Assembly (NCBI GenBank): GCA_964544585.1
Contig: CAZJBV010000004.1
Coordinates: 5,169 to 69,168, forward strand
Origin: an uncultured Gammaproteobacteria bacterium
GTDB taxonomy: Bacteria > Patescibacteriota > Microgenomatia > 2-02-FULL-39-11
Direction: 5' to 3'
Length of the DNA: 64,000 nt
The number at the start of each line of letters is the position of its first letter. Within the stretch, counting starts at the first letter, position 1. A model generated the notes under the pieces. That model made no database searches. It was not told where the DNA came from and saw only the letters and a program-made list of their open reading frames with translations. The translations under genes and the position numbers were made by a program. Shown one piece after another: positions 28,969 through 38,086 of this stretch.

Positions 28969-29414
28969 ACAAATTCCAAAAGGATCTTCTCACGTACGGG
29001 AATATTGGTGTTGACTCGATGATTTTCATCTATCATTTTGCCGATCATCCTCAATACGCACCGCTTACAAATATTTTTTTTGATGCTCTCGAAAATAATA
29101 AAATAACGGCGGTTACATCAATAATATCCCTTATCGAAATACTTATAAAACCGGAAAGAGAGAAGGAATTAGCCTTAGTAGAAGAGTATGAAAAAATACT
29201 CTATAATTTCCCAAATCTGGAAATACTACCAATAGATGAATCTGTAGCCAGGCTTGGAGCAAAACTGCGAGGACACTATTCCTTTCTCAAGACTCCAGAC
29301 GCCATTCAGTTAAGCGTCGCACTTCTGAAAGACTGCAAAGCATTTCTCACCAATGATGAAAAACTCAAGAGAATAAAAGAAATTCATACCATTGTCCTCC
29401 AAAACTACCTCTAA
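28950..29414 (+). CDS. vapC: PIN-domain VapC toxin
   Basis: VDSMIFIY, SLIEIL, LKTPDAIQ, FLTNDEKL; start at ATG 28950. Confidence 0.9.
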   Translation: MAKPRLNKFQKDLLTYGNIGVDSMIFIYHFADHPQYAPLTNIFFDALENNKITAVTSIISLIEILIKPEREKELALVEEYEKILYNFPNLEILPIDESVARLGAKLRGHYSFLKTPDAIQLSVALLKDCKAFLTNDEKLKRIKEIHTIVLQNYL

Positions 29415-29420
29415 CACCCA

Positions 29421-29687
29421 TCATTCCAGTAAATCACGCAGTGCCTTGTAAATATCTTTTCTATGCCCTATGAGAACCACATAAAAAAAGGAAGCTGTCT
29501 TTTTATAGACAATACGATAATCGCCTATTCTAATTCTATATATATCTTTGAAGCCTTGTAATTTCTCCTCATTAGGTACCTTGTTCTCGTCTCGAATTTT
29601 TCTTATTTTTTGAACAATCGCTATTTGATCTATTTTGGGAATTCGACGAAGTTTCTTTTCCGCATGTGGGGATAAAATGACTTTCAT
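29421..29687 (-). CDS. relE: RelE/ParE family toxin
   Basis: KLQG...YRIRIGDYRIVY...IGHRKDIY. Confidence 0.9.
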   Translation of the reverse strand: MKVILSPHAEKKLRRIPKIDQIAIVQKIRKIRDENKVPNEEKLQGFKDIYRIRIGDYRIVYKKTASFFYVVLIGHRKDIYKALRDLLE

Positions 29688-29923
29688 ATTCCCAATTCTC
29701 TAGCTACACTCTCAAAATCTCTTCCCTTTTTGAAATCGGAAGCTTCAACTGCTTTCCTATCTATAAAATTTTCGATATAAGAAACAAGTTTATCATATAT
29801 ATCTTTCCCAATAAGATACGCTTTCACTTCATTTCTTTTTTCCACCGCAACAGGATAGTCTCCCGCGCTTTCAATATATTTCGCTGGACTAGTTTTAAGC
29901 TGAGATATAGAAACTGTAGTCAT
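29684..29923 (-). CDS. Phd/YefM-like antitoxin
   Basis: TVSISQLK...PVAV..RN...AYLI; ATGA coupling to relE. Confidence 0.75.
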   Translation of the reverse strand: MTTVSISQLKTSPAKYIESAGDYPVAVEKRNEVKAYLIGKDIYDKLVSYIENFIDRKAVEASDFKKGRDFESVARELGI

Positions 29924-29929
29924 AAAAAA

Positions 29930-29975
29930 ATGATATCAAATCATAGGTCTCTTGTCAAGACCTATATTTAGGTCT
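29930..29975 (-). promoter_or_regulatory. sigma70 promoter with triple half-site operator for antitoxin-relE
   Basis: TTGACA (29953-29958)-17-TATCAT (29930-29935), 6 nt before ATG; ATAGGTCT / AGACCTAT / TAGGTCT half-sites. Confidence 0.7.
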
Positions 29976-29985
29976 CTCTTCGTCC

Positions 29986-30030
29986 TTGACAAAAGCCTCT
30001 AAATTAGCTAGACTAGACTTAGTCAAGTTT
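29986..30030 (+). promoter_or_regulatory. sigma70 promoter and operator of Phd-VapC module
   Basis: TTGACA-17-TAGACT; GACTTAGTC dyad just downstream. Confidence 0.65.
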
Positions 30031-30041
30031 AACCTACATCT

Positions 30042-30272
30042 ATGATGACCAATATTTACCAAGCAAAAACTCAGCTCTCCAAGCTCATCGAGAAAGTCAC
30101 CAAAGGTGAAGAGGTCATCATCGCCAAAGCAGGAAAACCCGTAGCAAAATTAGTGGCTTTTGAAAAGAAACTACAACCCAGAAAACCCGGCCTCTTAAAA
30201 GGAAAAATTTTTGTACCTGATAATTTCAATGATGAAGATGAAGAAATAAATAAGATGTTTTATGGTGAATAG
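30042..30272 (+). CDS. Phd/YefM family antitoxin
   Basis: NIYQAKTQLSKLIEKV..GEEVIIAKAGKPVAKL. Confidence 0.92.
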   Translation: MMTNIYQAKTQLSKLIEKVTKGEEVIIAKAGKPVAKLVAFEKKLQPRKPGLLKGKIFVPDNFNDEDEEINKMFYGE

Positions 30273-30660
30273 GATAAACAGCACAGGCTTCCTCCTCGAT
30301 ACAAATATCTTCCTTTGGTGGCTCAATGACGACAAAAAGCTAAAATCGGCAATAAGAGAAACTATGGCAGATCCCCAAAATATACTCTATATATCTGTAG
30401 TTTCTGCATGGGAAATAAGCTTAAAGCATAAAATTGGAAAATTGCCATTGAAAACAACTCTCAAAAGATGTTTTGAAATTTCTCCATTTCCTATATTAAC
30501 TCTGCGCCTTGAACATATTCTAAACTTAGACAAATTGCCACTTTTCCACAAAGACCCATTTGACCGTCTTTTGATTACTCAATCAAAAGTAGAAAACCTA
30601 ACACTCATCACGTCAGATCAACAGATGAGAAAATACAACATAAGCTTATTAAAAGCTTAA
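30262..30660 (+). CDS. vapC: PIN-domain VapC toxin
   Basis: LLDTNIFLW, SVVSAWEI..K, HKDPFDRLLI.Q, TSD. Confidence 0.92.
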   Translation: MVNRINSTGFLLDTNIFLWWLNDDKKLKSAIRETMADPQNILYISVVSAWEISLKHKIGKLPLKTTLKRCFEISPFPILTLRLEHILNLDKLPLFHKDPFDRLLITQSKVENLTLITSDQQMRKYNISLLKA

Positions 30661-31688
30661 AACTCAATTACTACTCTTCCCAAGCTTCTATTTTGCTCTA
30701 CTTCATCAAGTGCTTCATTTACTTGATTTAAACGATATTTCTTCGGAATAAGTTTTCCCATATCCAATTCTGCCGAAATATATTTTTCTGCATAATAAGG
30801 TATATCGCGATCGATATCAGTCTCCCCTCCCCATGTACCTATAATTTGCTTCCCCAAAATAAAGTCATAAGGCACAATGCATATTTTCTCTCCCTTTTTG
30901 AGATTTCCCGCAATCACCAGTTTTCCTGAAATATTAAGGGCCGCAAACGCAGTTTCCATCGCTTCTTTCACTCCTGCTGCTTCAATTGCATAATCCAAAC
31001 CACCAGAAGTCTTCTCTTTTATCTTCACCAGAACATTTTCTTCTTTTGCATTTATTACGTTGGTTGCTCCCAGATGTTTTGCAAAATCAAGTTTTTCTTT
31101 TGTTATATCAATAGCTATAATTATTTTGCATTTGGTAAGCACTGCACCCAAAATGGAGGCACTTCCCACTCCCCCCACTCCAAAAATTGCAATAGAAGTT
31201 CCTTTCCTTACTTTTAGTGTATTTAAAACAACTCCCATTCCCGTTGGGACAGCACATCCTAGAATCGATGCGATATCAGGCGGTACTTTTTTAGGAATTT
31301 TTACTAGTCTATTCTCTGAAATGACTGCATATTCACTAAATGTAGTTATTGGACCGGCATTGATGATCCTTCCTCTACATTTATACTGACTTGCTCCTCC
31401 CTCCAATCCTTTTCCTTTTATCCATGTACAAACGACATAAACTCCCCTTTTTACCTTGGTTACTCCCCCCCCTACCTCCATTACCTCCCCCGCGCCTTCA
31501 TGGCCCAAAAGATGAGGCAAAAACCTGTCAGGTCCTTTTAAAGCCTTCCTTTCATTCACCTGTGCCCGACAAACACCCGTTGCCAATATCTTAACCAGCA
31601 CCTGTCCTCTCTTAAGCTTAGGAATCTCTACCTCTTCTATAGCAAGGGGATCGTTTGTTTTGTATAAAACCGCCGCCCTAGTCTTCAT
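30657..31688 (-). CDS. zinc-binding (MDR) dehydrogenase
   Basis: GVC, GHEG.G, LGCAVPTG, GVGGVG; lacks the structural-zinc Cys loop; ATGA overlap at 31685-31688. Confidence 0.88.
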   Translation of the reverse strand: MKTRAAVLYKTNDPLAIEEVEIPKLKRGQVLVKILATGVCRAQVNERKALKGPDRFLPHLLGHEGAGEVMEVGGGVTKVKRGVYVVCTWIKGKGLEGGASQYKCRGRIINAGPITTFSEYAVISENRLVKIPKKVPPDIASILGCAVPTGMGVVLNTLKVRKGTSIAIFGVGGVGSASILGAVLTKCKIIIAIDITKEKLDFAKHLGATNVINAKEENVLVKIKEKTSGGLDYAIEAAGVKEAMETAFAALNISGKLVIAGNLKKGEKICIVPYDFILGKQIIGTWGGETDIDRDIPYYAEKYISAELDMGKLIPKKYRLNQVNEALDEVEQNRSLGRVVIEF

Positions 31689-32341
31689 GGAATAAACCAA
31701 TAAAAGTCTCCTGTATAATCCATTTCCTTAAATAACTTCTTCCATTCGGAAACACTCATATACGTCAAGGCAGTCAGATTCCACATTGCCATTCTTCTCC
31801 TTTCTTCCTCATTTCTATATGCATCGACGGTTATAAATGCATCTTTTCTTGTCACCCTCTGAATTTCTCTTATGGCCTCTTTGCAGTCCTCCAAAGGTAA
31901 ATTATGGACAGTATTTACTGAAATGACTAAATCAAAAGATTTATCCTTATAAGGAAGTTTTTTTGCATTACCAACTCTCAAAAATGGTTTTACCTCAGGC
32001 ATAGCGTTTTCAATTGCATACGTTGAAATATCTATCCCGGCTAGTTTTATACCAGGAATTAATCGCTGAAAATCATACAACATAAATCCCTTTCCGCATC
32101 CCACATCCAAAATTGAACTTTTCGCTGTTAAGTTGTAATGCTTTTGAAAATCGCCAACCACTCCTGTCCAAAATCTCGGATGATAATTATATCCTCCATA
32201 TCCATATTTCCTCTCTCCATCAAAAAACTCTCTCCCAAATTGTCTCGCAATTTTTCTTACTTCTTCCGTTTTTTCCTCAAATCTCGCATCGAGATTTCTT
32301 TTTGCCTGCGGATATTTTTTTAAAAGATTAATTTCTGCCAT
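31685..32341 (-). CDS. class I SAM-dependent methyltransferase
   Basis: ILDVGCGKG, GIDIS, LPYKDKSFDLV. Confidence 0.9.
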   Translation of the reverse strand: MAEINLLKKYPQAKRNLDARFEEKTEEVRKIARQFGREFFDGERKYGYGGYNYHPRFWTGVVGDFQKHYNLTAKSSILDVGCGKGFMLYDFQRLIPGIKLAGIDISTYAIENAMPEVKPFLRVGNAKKLPYKDKSFDLVISVNTVHNLPLEDCKEAIREIQRVTRKDAFITVDAYRNEEERRRMAMWNLTALTYMSVSEWKKLFKEMDYTGDFYWFIP

Positions 32342-33962
32342 CCGTTTTCAATTTATATATTCTAACATCTTTGTTCTCGTATACAACTTCGAGAAAATCA
32401 TACTCCCTAAACCCTCCCCCACCTATATTTTTTTCATAAGGACCATAAAGTACATAATCTATACCATTATCAGTCAATATTTTTCCCATCGTATTTTCTT
32501 TCAATCCTTCACTATAAAATTCCCTTGTTAGACTAAGCTTACTTTCAAAATTATAAGTCTCAAGTACATGCCCAATAAAGCTTATAAAAGGTCCATATGC
32601 TGGAATAATAATACCCGATTCTTGCGAACTCATTACTCGAGTATCTTTAGGAAAGTTGTCTCTCATGAATAAAAATGCATTATGCAAATTAAGTGGAATT
32701 CTAAAAGAATTTACCGGATTATTCTTTAAAAAATAGTGAATCGAATTAAATTTTATAAGAGTATATTCTGCCAAAGAAATAATATAAAAACCTAAAACCA
32801 GTGCCATAATAAAATATCTCAATAATCTATTTTTGAAATAATCAAAAAAATAAACGGCCAAAATTGCAAGTGGTATAAATGATGTCGCGTTAATAAGTCT
32901 TATTTTTGGGATACTCAATATATGAACAAATAGAAGAAGCAAAAAAGGCATAAAAGCCCAAAAAAATAAGAAAATTTTTTTAAAATCCAAAGTTCTCCAT
33001 TCTATAAAAACCACTGGAAACGCCAAAATTATAGGTACAAAGAAAGAAATTAATAATTCATAATTAAATGATTTTAAATAATTCCAATATCCCAGCTCAT
33101 AATTCTTACTTTCCGACCAAGGATATCCAAAGGTCTGTTGGAAATAAATAAGCCCCACTACAAATAGACTTACAAGACAAATAAACATTATTGGAAAAAG
33201 ATAGCCTTTATAGTCATGGAAAGTTTTCCTCGATTGAAAACTTCTAACTAATAAATATAAAAAACTTGCCATTGGAACGATCAGCATGGGTAATACAATC
33301 GGAGGATACGCCAAGGCCCCTATCAATAAAACAATGCCACTAAAAATTGGCCAGTTCCTTCTCTTTTTTTCAATATATTGGAAGAAAAAAATAAGCGAAA
33401 ACAAAAGCATCGCTTGACCAAAAATATGGTGTGGTGGCATATATAATCTTTCAAGTAAGTCAAAACCAAAATACCACGGATAGTCAAAGGGATACCTCGT
33501 CACATCTATCTTTATGCCATAAAAAAAAGTCAAAGGTATAGTCGCAATTAAAGACAAGATTCCAGCAAGAAGAAAGTTCTTTTTGGCAAATAATATACAA
33601 ATAAGAATAACGCCAAAAATAAAAAGTTCAACCGAAATAATCCTCGCAATGTGGTAAATATATATGGCATCAATATCAAATAACCCTCCAATTTTTCCAA
33701 TCATCAAGTAGTAAAAATGAAGTATTCCGGGTGTGGTTTTTTCTGTAGTATAAGGATCTCTTTTTAACCAATGCCCATATTTTCCTTCGGTAGTGTATGC
33801 CAGATAGCTAAAATAATCATTCGTCGCTTCTCTATGTATTAAAGGATAAATATATCCTGTGGTCGTATATGAAAGATTTATAAAAAGGTGTAAATTGGAT
33901 AGAACTACAATAATATTCGCCAGGATTAAATAAATAATAAATTGTGGCAAAACCTTCCTCAT
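32328..33962 (-). CDS. polytopic membrane protein, seven-member putative GT-C family (copy 2)
   Basis: NDYFSYL....EG, YTTE, PHH, YPW, IPAYG....IGH, YVLYGPYE. Confidence 0.6.
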   Translation of the reverse strand: MRKVLPQFIIYLILANIIVVLSNLHLFINLSYTTTGYIYPLIHREATNDYFSYLAYTTEGKYGHWLKRDPYTTEKTTPGILHFYYLMIGKIGGLFDIDAIYIYHIARIISVELFIFGVILICILFAKKNFLLAGILSLIATIPLTFFYGIKIDVTRYPFDYPWYFGFDLLERLYMPPHHIFGQAMLLFSLIFFFQYIEKKRRNWPIFSGIVLLIGALAYPPIVLPMLIVPMASFLYLLVRSFQSRKTFHDYKGYLFPIMFICLVSLFVVGLIYFQQTFGYPWSESKNYELGYWNYLKSFNYELLISFFVPIILAFPVVFIEWRTLDFKKIFLFFWAFMPFLLLLFVHILSIPKIRLINATSFIPLAILAVYFFDYFKNRLLRYFIMALVLGFYIISLAEYTLIKFNSIHYFLKNNPVNSFRIPLNLHNAFLFMRDNFPKDTRVMSSQESGIIIPAYGPFISFIGHVLETYNFESKLSLTREFYSEGLKENTMGKILTDNGIDYVLYGPYEKNIGGGGFREYDFLEVVYENKDVRIYKLKTDGRN

Positions 33963-35215
33963 GACTGCCTCTTCATAAATAAATATCTAAATCCACTTCT
34001 TAAATAGCCTCGGAAGTAATAAATCCCAAGGGGTGTAAAAAGGCTAAGCGCCGGATAAACAGGCATAGTAATTCTTTCTTCAGGAGTAAGTAAACTCAAG
34101 GGAAGAGTAAAATATAATATAAGTAAAATTATAAAAAAAAGTAATCTTTTCTCTCCAATATTTTTATTTTTTTTACGCCAAACATAATTTATTCCCACAA
34201 TCGAGAAAAAAATAAACAAAATATTACCTATTCGGACAATATATTTATCGTTAGGGTAAAAGGGATCAGTGTAGAAATATAAATGGCTTTTATCCCAGAA
34301 TAAAAATACATTGCGGACGCGCGTAGCAATAAAAGGCCCAGGATTGTTTTGTATCTCCTCAATTGCCGCATTTAGTCTCGGTCTTACTTTCTCCATAAAA
34401 ATGTCTTTATCTTCACCAAATATTTTAGGATGCTCGGATGAAACCGAAATCGGCACTTCTCTAAAATATTCCTCGTTATAAAGCCCTGGCCAGCGGGCAA
34501 TCTCAAGGCTATGTAAAAAATCAAGATAAACAAAAGGAACGGAAGGAATAGGACTCAGATTTTTAAAAAATCTCCAGTTTGCCGATATCGGATAAATAAC
34601 AGTAATTAAAAATCCCAAAAAAATTATTAACCATTTTAGCGAAAACTTCTTTCTTTCAAAATAAATATTAAATAAAGGGATTGATATTAATAAAATTAAG
34701 GTAAACCACCACAGCATTATTCTCGTATATGTAAGCCACCCGATAACTAACCCCAAAATAAATTGTCCCAATTTATTTTTATAACTTATAAATAGGTAAA
34801 TTACTAAAGACATTAAAAATAATGCTAAAACTTCAGAAAGAAAAAGACCTGTATATGAGGAGGATAATGGATTGAATATATAAATTAGAAAAGTTAGCAA
34901 ACTTAATTTTTCATTAGCAAAAACTTTACGAGACGTCACAAGCAAAACAAAAGCTGTTAAAACATCAATTAACGCCTGAAAAACAACAACTGCATATAAA
35001 TTTCCTTGTCCAAATAATCTGAAAATAAATGACAAAAATAAAGGATATCCATAGGTTTTCGCACAACAATCAGCATACCAAAAACTATTATTTATTACAT
35101 TGGCAAAAGAAATATAATCTGTCTCATCAAACATCGGCTGGTGAGGAAAAAGAGATGCCATCCACATCCTAAATATAAATCCCAAAACTAGTAAAATAAA
35201 AATTATTTTTTTCAT
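33959..35215 (-). CDS. GT-C fold (ArnT/PMT-like) membrane glycosyltransferase
   Basis: DETDY, GYP, LSE, WDK, ERITMP. Confidence 0.75.
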   Translation of the reverse strand: MKKIIFILLVLGFIFRMWMASLFPHQPMFDETDYISFANVINNSFWYADCCAKTYGYPLFLSFIFRLFGQGNLYAVVVFQALIDVLTAFVLLVTSRKVFANEKLSLLTFLIYIFNPLSSSYTGLFLSEVLALFLMSLVIYLFISYKNKLGQFILGLVIGWLTYTRIMLWWFTLILLISIPLFNIYFERKKFSLKWLIIFLGFLITVIYPISANWRFFKNLSPIPSVPFVYLDFLHSLEIARWPGLYNEEYFREVPISVSSEHPKIFGEDKDIFMEKVRPRLNAAIEEIQNNPGPFIATRVRNVFLFWDKSHLYFYTDPFYPNDKYIVRIGNILFIFFSIVGINYVWRKKNKNIGEKRLLFFIILLILYFTLPLSLLTPEERITMPVYPALSLFTPLGIYYFRGYLRSGFRYLFMKRQS

Positions 35216-36444
35216 GACTTAAGACTTTTTATTGAAAGTATCCCTAAGGGTAAAAATAAAAGTAATATAGGATAAGCAGGCATCGTATGACGCTCTTCAG
35301 GAACGCGCAAGGTTAAAGCTGTAGTCAGATATAAAAGGAGAACAATGACAAAAATTATCCCTATTTTTTGCTCTAAAAATTTATTTTTCAAAAAAATAAA
35401 TCTCAAAATTCCTAAGGTGCAAATACTTAAAAATAATATATTACCTATCCTTATAAAAGGCCTATCAAATGGAAAAAATGGATCATCATAACAGCAAAAA
35501 CTTCTCTTATCCCATAAAGTAGGTATATGCCCCAAACGAGATAAAGCAAAAGGCCAAGGATTTTTGATTATCTCCTTTTTAACTTCTTCAATCCTTCTAC
35601 CAGTATCCGCAAGAAATGCTTCTCTATCATTAAAATTAATTTGATAATACCGAAGCAAAATCGGTTCTACCTCCCTTTTGTGCTCTTCAACCAAAATTGG
35701 CCATCGATGAACCCTAAAGCTTACCAAAAAATCATAATTACCACCCGGTATATAAGGCATAGGAGAAATAGTCTTATACTTTAAATAGTTTGCCGTTGAT
35801 GGATACAATACAATCAACAAAACTCCGAGAGAAATAGGTATTACAAAACTGAAAAATTGCCTCCTTTTTAGAATTAAATAAACTGCTAGAATAAAAATTA
35901 ATAATATCCCCCAATAAACAAAAATTAGCCTCGTAAACATTAAAAGTCCTAAAATTATACCCGCCACAAATCTACCTAATACACCGTGATAAGAAGCAAG
36001 TAAAAATAAAAACGATACTAAAAGAAAAAAAGTCAGTGTCTCCGTCAAAATCATTCCCGTATATGTTGCGGTTAGAGGGTTAAATAAATAGACAATTAAC
36101 ACAACCCAACTACCCCATTCTGGTTTTTCTATAAACTTCCTATAAATTAAAAATAGGATGAGTCCAATCAGAGAATCCATCACCGCCTGAGTAAAAAAGA
36201 GAAAAAAATGATTCTGCTCACCAAATATCCCAAGAATAATTCTTAAAAACATGGGGTAAACAAATCCCCTCGTACAACATTCAGCTACCCAAAATTCCCT
36301 TTTTATAATATCCGCCATTTCAAGGTACGTTTTTTCATCAGCAATAACTTCATGCCTAAAAATATTGGCCAGAATTAACCTAAACAAAATTCCAGCTAAC
36401 AAAAAAAATAGTATTAAAACAATTTTTTTATTATTCGACTGCAT
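35212..36444 (-). CDS. GT-C fold membrane glycosyltransferase, tandem paralog of 33959-35215
   Basis: DEKTY, VYP, LTE, WDK, ERHTMP. Confidence 0.75.
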   Translation of the reverse strand: MQSNNKKIVLILFFLLAGILFRLILANIFRHEVIADEKTYLEMADIIKREFWVAECCTRGFVYPMFLRIILGIFGEQNHFFLFFTQAVMDSLIGLILFLIYRKFIEKPEWGSWVVLIVYLFNPLTATYTGMILTETLTFFLLVSFLFLLASYHGVLGRFVAGIILGLLMFTRLIFVYWGILLIFILAVYLILKRRQFFSFVIPISLGVLLIVLYPSTANYLKYKTISPMPYIPGGNYDFLVSFRVHRWPILVEEHKREVEPILLRYYQINFNDREAFLADTGRRIEEVKKEIIKNPWPFALSRLGHIPTLWDKRSFCCYDDPFFPFDRPFIRIGNILFLSICTLGILRFIFLKNKFLEQKIGIIFVIVLLLYLTTALTLRVPEERHTMPAYPILLLFLPLGILSIKSLKS

Positions 36445-38047
36445 AGATAATAGTTTGATTATTTTTATTTTTTTGCTTCAAAAAGGGATATCTTAAATCA
36501 CCTCCATCAGTTAAATTTTTTCTCTCCCCGTCCCCAAAAAAGACATAGGAAATACGATTTCTTTTTAAAAACTCTAGAGCCTCTAAATTATCCATATTAT
36601 GTGAGTAGAAACGATTAACCAACGTTGAGGTCGTATTTATATTTGGCGGACTCATAATATAGTGCCACCAGCTCGTATATACATAATTTCCGGAAAAAGC
36701 TGGTATTAAAGTCCCTGCGTAAAATCCTGAAAGCACAATATTACTTTCCTCTGTATTCTTCCTCAGCCAGAAAAGTGCATCCATCACCTCTTTTTTGGGA
36801 TACCCATAATCATAGACAGAAGAAACCAAACAAAAACATACGCGTTGACTGATCATACTCGTCTCATAGGAATAATATCCGGAAGCAAGAACAATAATAG
36901 TAATAACAACTGCAAAACTAACTCGTTTTACAATCCAAAATATCCCAACCGTCGCCAAAATTGCAAATACTAGAAAATAAGGTGTCAGGAAAAATCTAAT
37001 ACTATTTATGCCCAAAATATACGACACAATAAAAATACTTAGTGGATGGATTACAATCCAAGGAATCAAAAGTAGAAAAAAAGTTTTTCCGCTTTTTAAA
37101 ATTGGAATATATGCAATTAGTGAAAATATATATACTAGTCCAATTGCTTGAATATACTCAAAAGGCAAAATCGTAAAAGGGACGATAAGTTCAGTTTTTG
37201 ATAGCGCATTGAAATCCCAAAAAGAAGATGCATAGCGAAAATAAAGAAGTGGAATAAAAGAAACAATTATATATACACCTAAAAATAATATTTCAGTTTT
37301 CAATAGACTAAAAGATTTTAGAAGAAGTCTGAGGCGTATAATTTTTAAAATAAGATAGAGCGGTAATGATAATACAACTAAAACCATCCCTGCTGGATAT
37401 ATCAGTGTTGCTAAAAACCCAAACAGACCAGCAATAAAAATATATTTCCACCGTTTAGAATCTATTCCTAAAGACAAAAAATAAATTGAAAGGATAGTAA
37501 AAAATCCACTTAAAAGATAATGGTGGGCAGAAAGAGTCAGCCTTTGAAAAACTAAAGAGTCTAAAGGCAATCTATGCATAATACCCATTCCCTGTAAAGG
37601 ATTAATTATCCCCGTTGCAAATAGACACAATATGAAAGAAACAATCCGTTGACCTGGCGTCTTAAATACATTTCGCACAATAAAGTACAAAGAGAAAAGA
37701 AAAATTATGGATATTACAAAACGAGAAAGAAAATACATAAATAAAGGATCGATATGAAAAAGCCTTGCCGCTTGCCCTATCAAAATATATTCCATCTTTA
37801 AAAAAGTAGCTTTTGCCTCTATCGTTGTGGTTGCCTTGGGCATCCTCATCCAATGACCCAAATATCCCTCTTGTACTGTCGACAAACTCCCCATCAAATC
37901 TAATGGATACTCGCTTGCGCCATAATAATAGCGATCGGCTGTCTTATTCTTAAAATTGTCATAAATTGGCTTGTAGGAAAATATAAGAAGAACGAGGATA
38001 GAAAGCAAAACAACTAAAACCTCAAAAAATGACTTCTTCTTTATCAT
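36431..38047 (-). CDS. polytopic membrane protein, seven-member putative GT-C family (copy 3)
   Basis: DLMGSLSTVQEG, AHH, WLRKNT, IPAFSGN, YVFFGDGE. Confidence 0.6.
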   Translation of the reverse strand: MIKKKSFFEVLVVLLSILVLLIFSYKPIYDNFKNKTADRYYYGASEYPLDLMGSLSTVQEGYLGHWMRMPKATTTIEAKATFLKMEYILIGQAARLFHIDPLFMYFLSRFVISIIFLFSLYFIVRNVFKTPGQRIVSFILCLFATGIINPLQGMGIMHRLPLDSLVFQRLTLSAHHYLLSGFFTILSIYFLSLGIDSKRWKYIFIAGLFGFLATLIYPAGMVLVVLSLPLYLILKIIRLRLLLKSFSLLKTEILFLGVYIIVSFIPLLYFRYASSFWDFNALSKTELIVPFTILPFEYIQAIGLVYIFSLIAYIPILKSGKTFFLLLIPWIVIHPLSIFIVSYILGINSIRFFLTPYFLVFAILATVGIFWIVKRVSFAVVITIIVLASGYYSYETSMISQRVCFCLVSSVYDYGYPKKEVMDALFWLRKNTEESNIVLSGFYAGTLIPAFSGNYVYTSWWHYIMSPPNINTTSTLVNRFYSHNMDNLEALEFLKRNRISYVFFGDGERKNLTDGGDLRYPFLKQKNKNNQTIIYAVE

Positions 38048-38086
38048 GAGATTGACTTATAATTCATAAAATTATAGCATCTCCTC

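Noticed and set aside
21748-30660. Integron cassette array explaining the TA modules
   Set aside because: No attC-like sites, intergenic gaps of only a few bases, mixed orientation, and no integrase.
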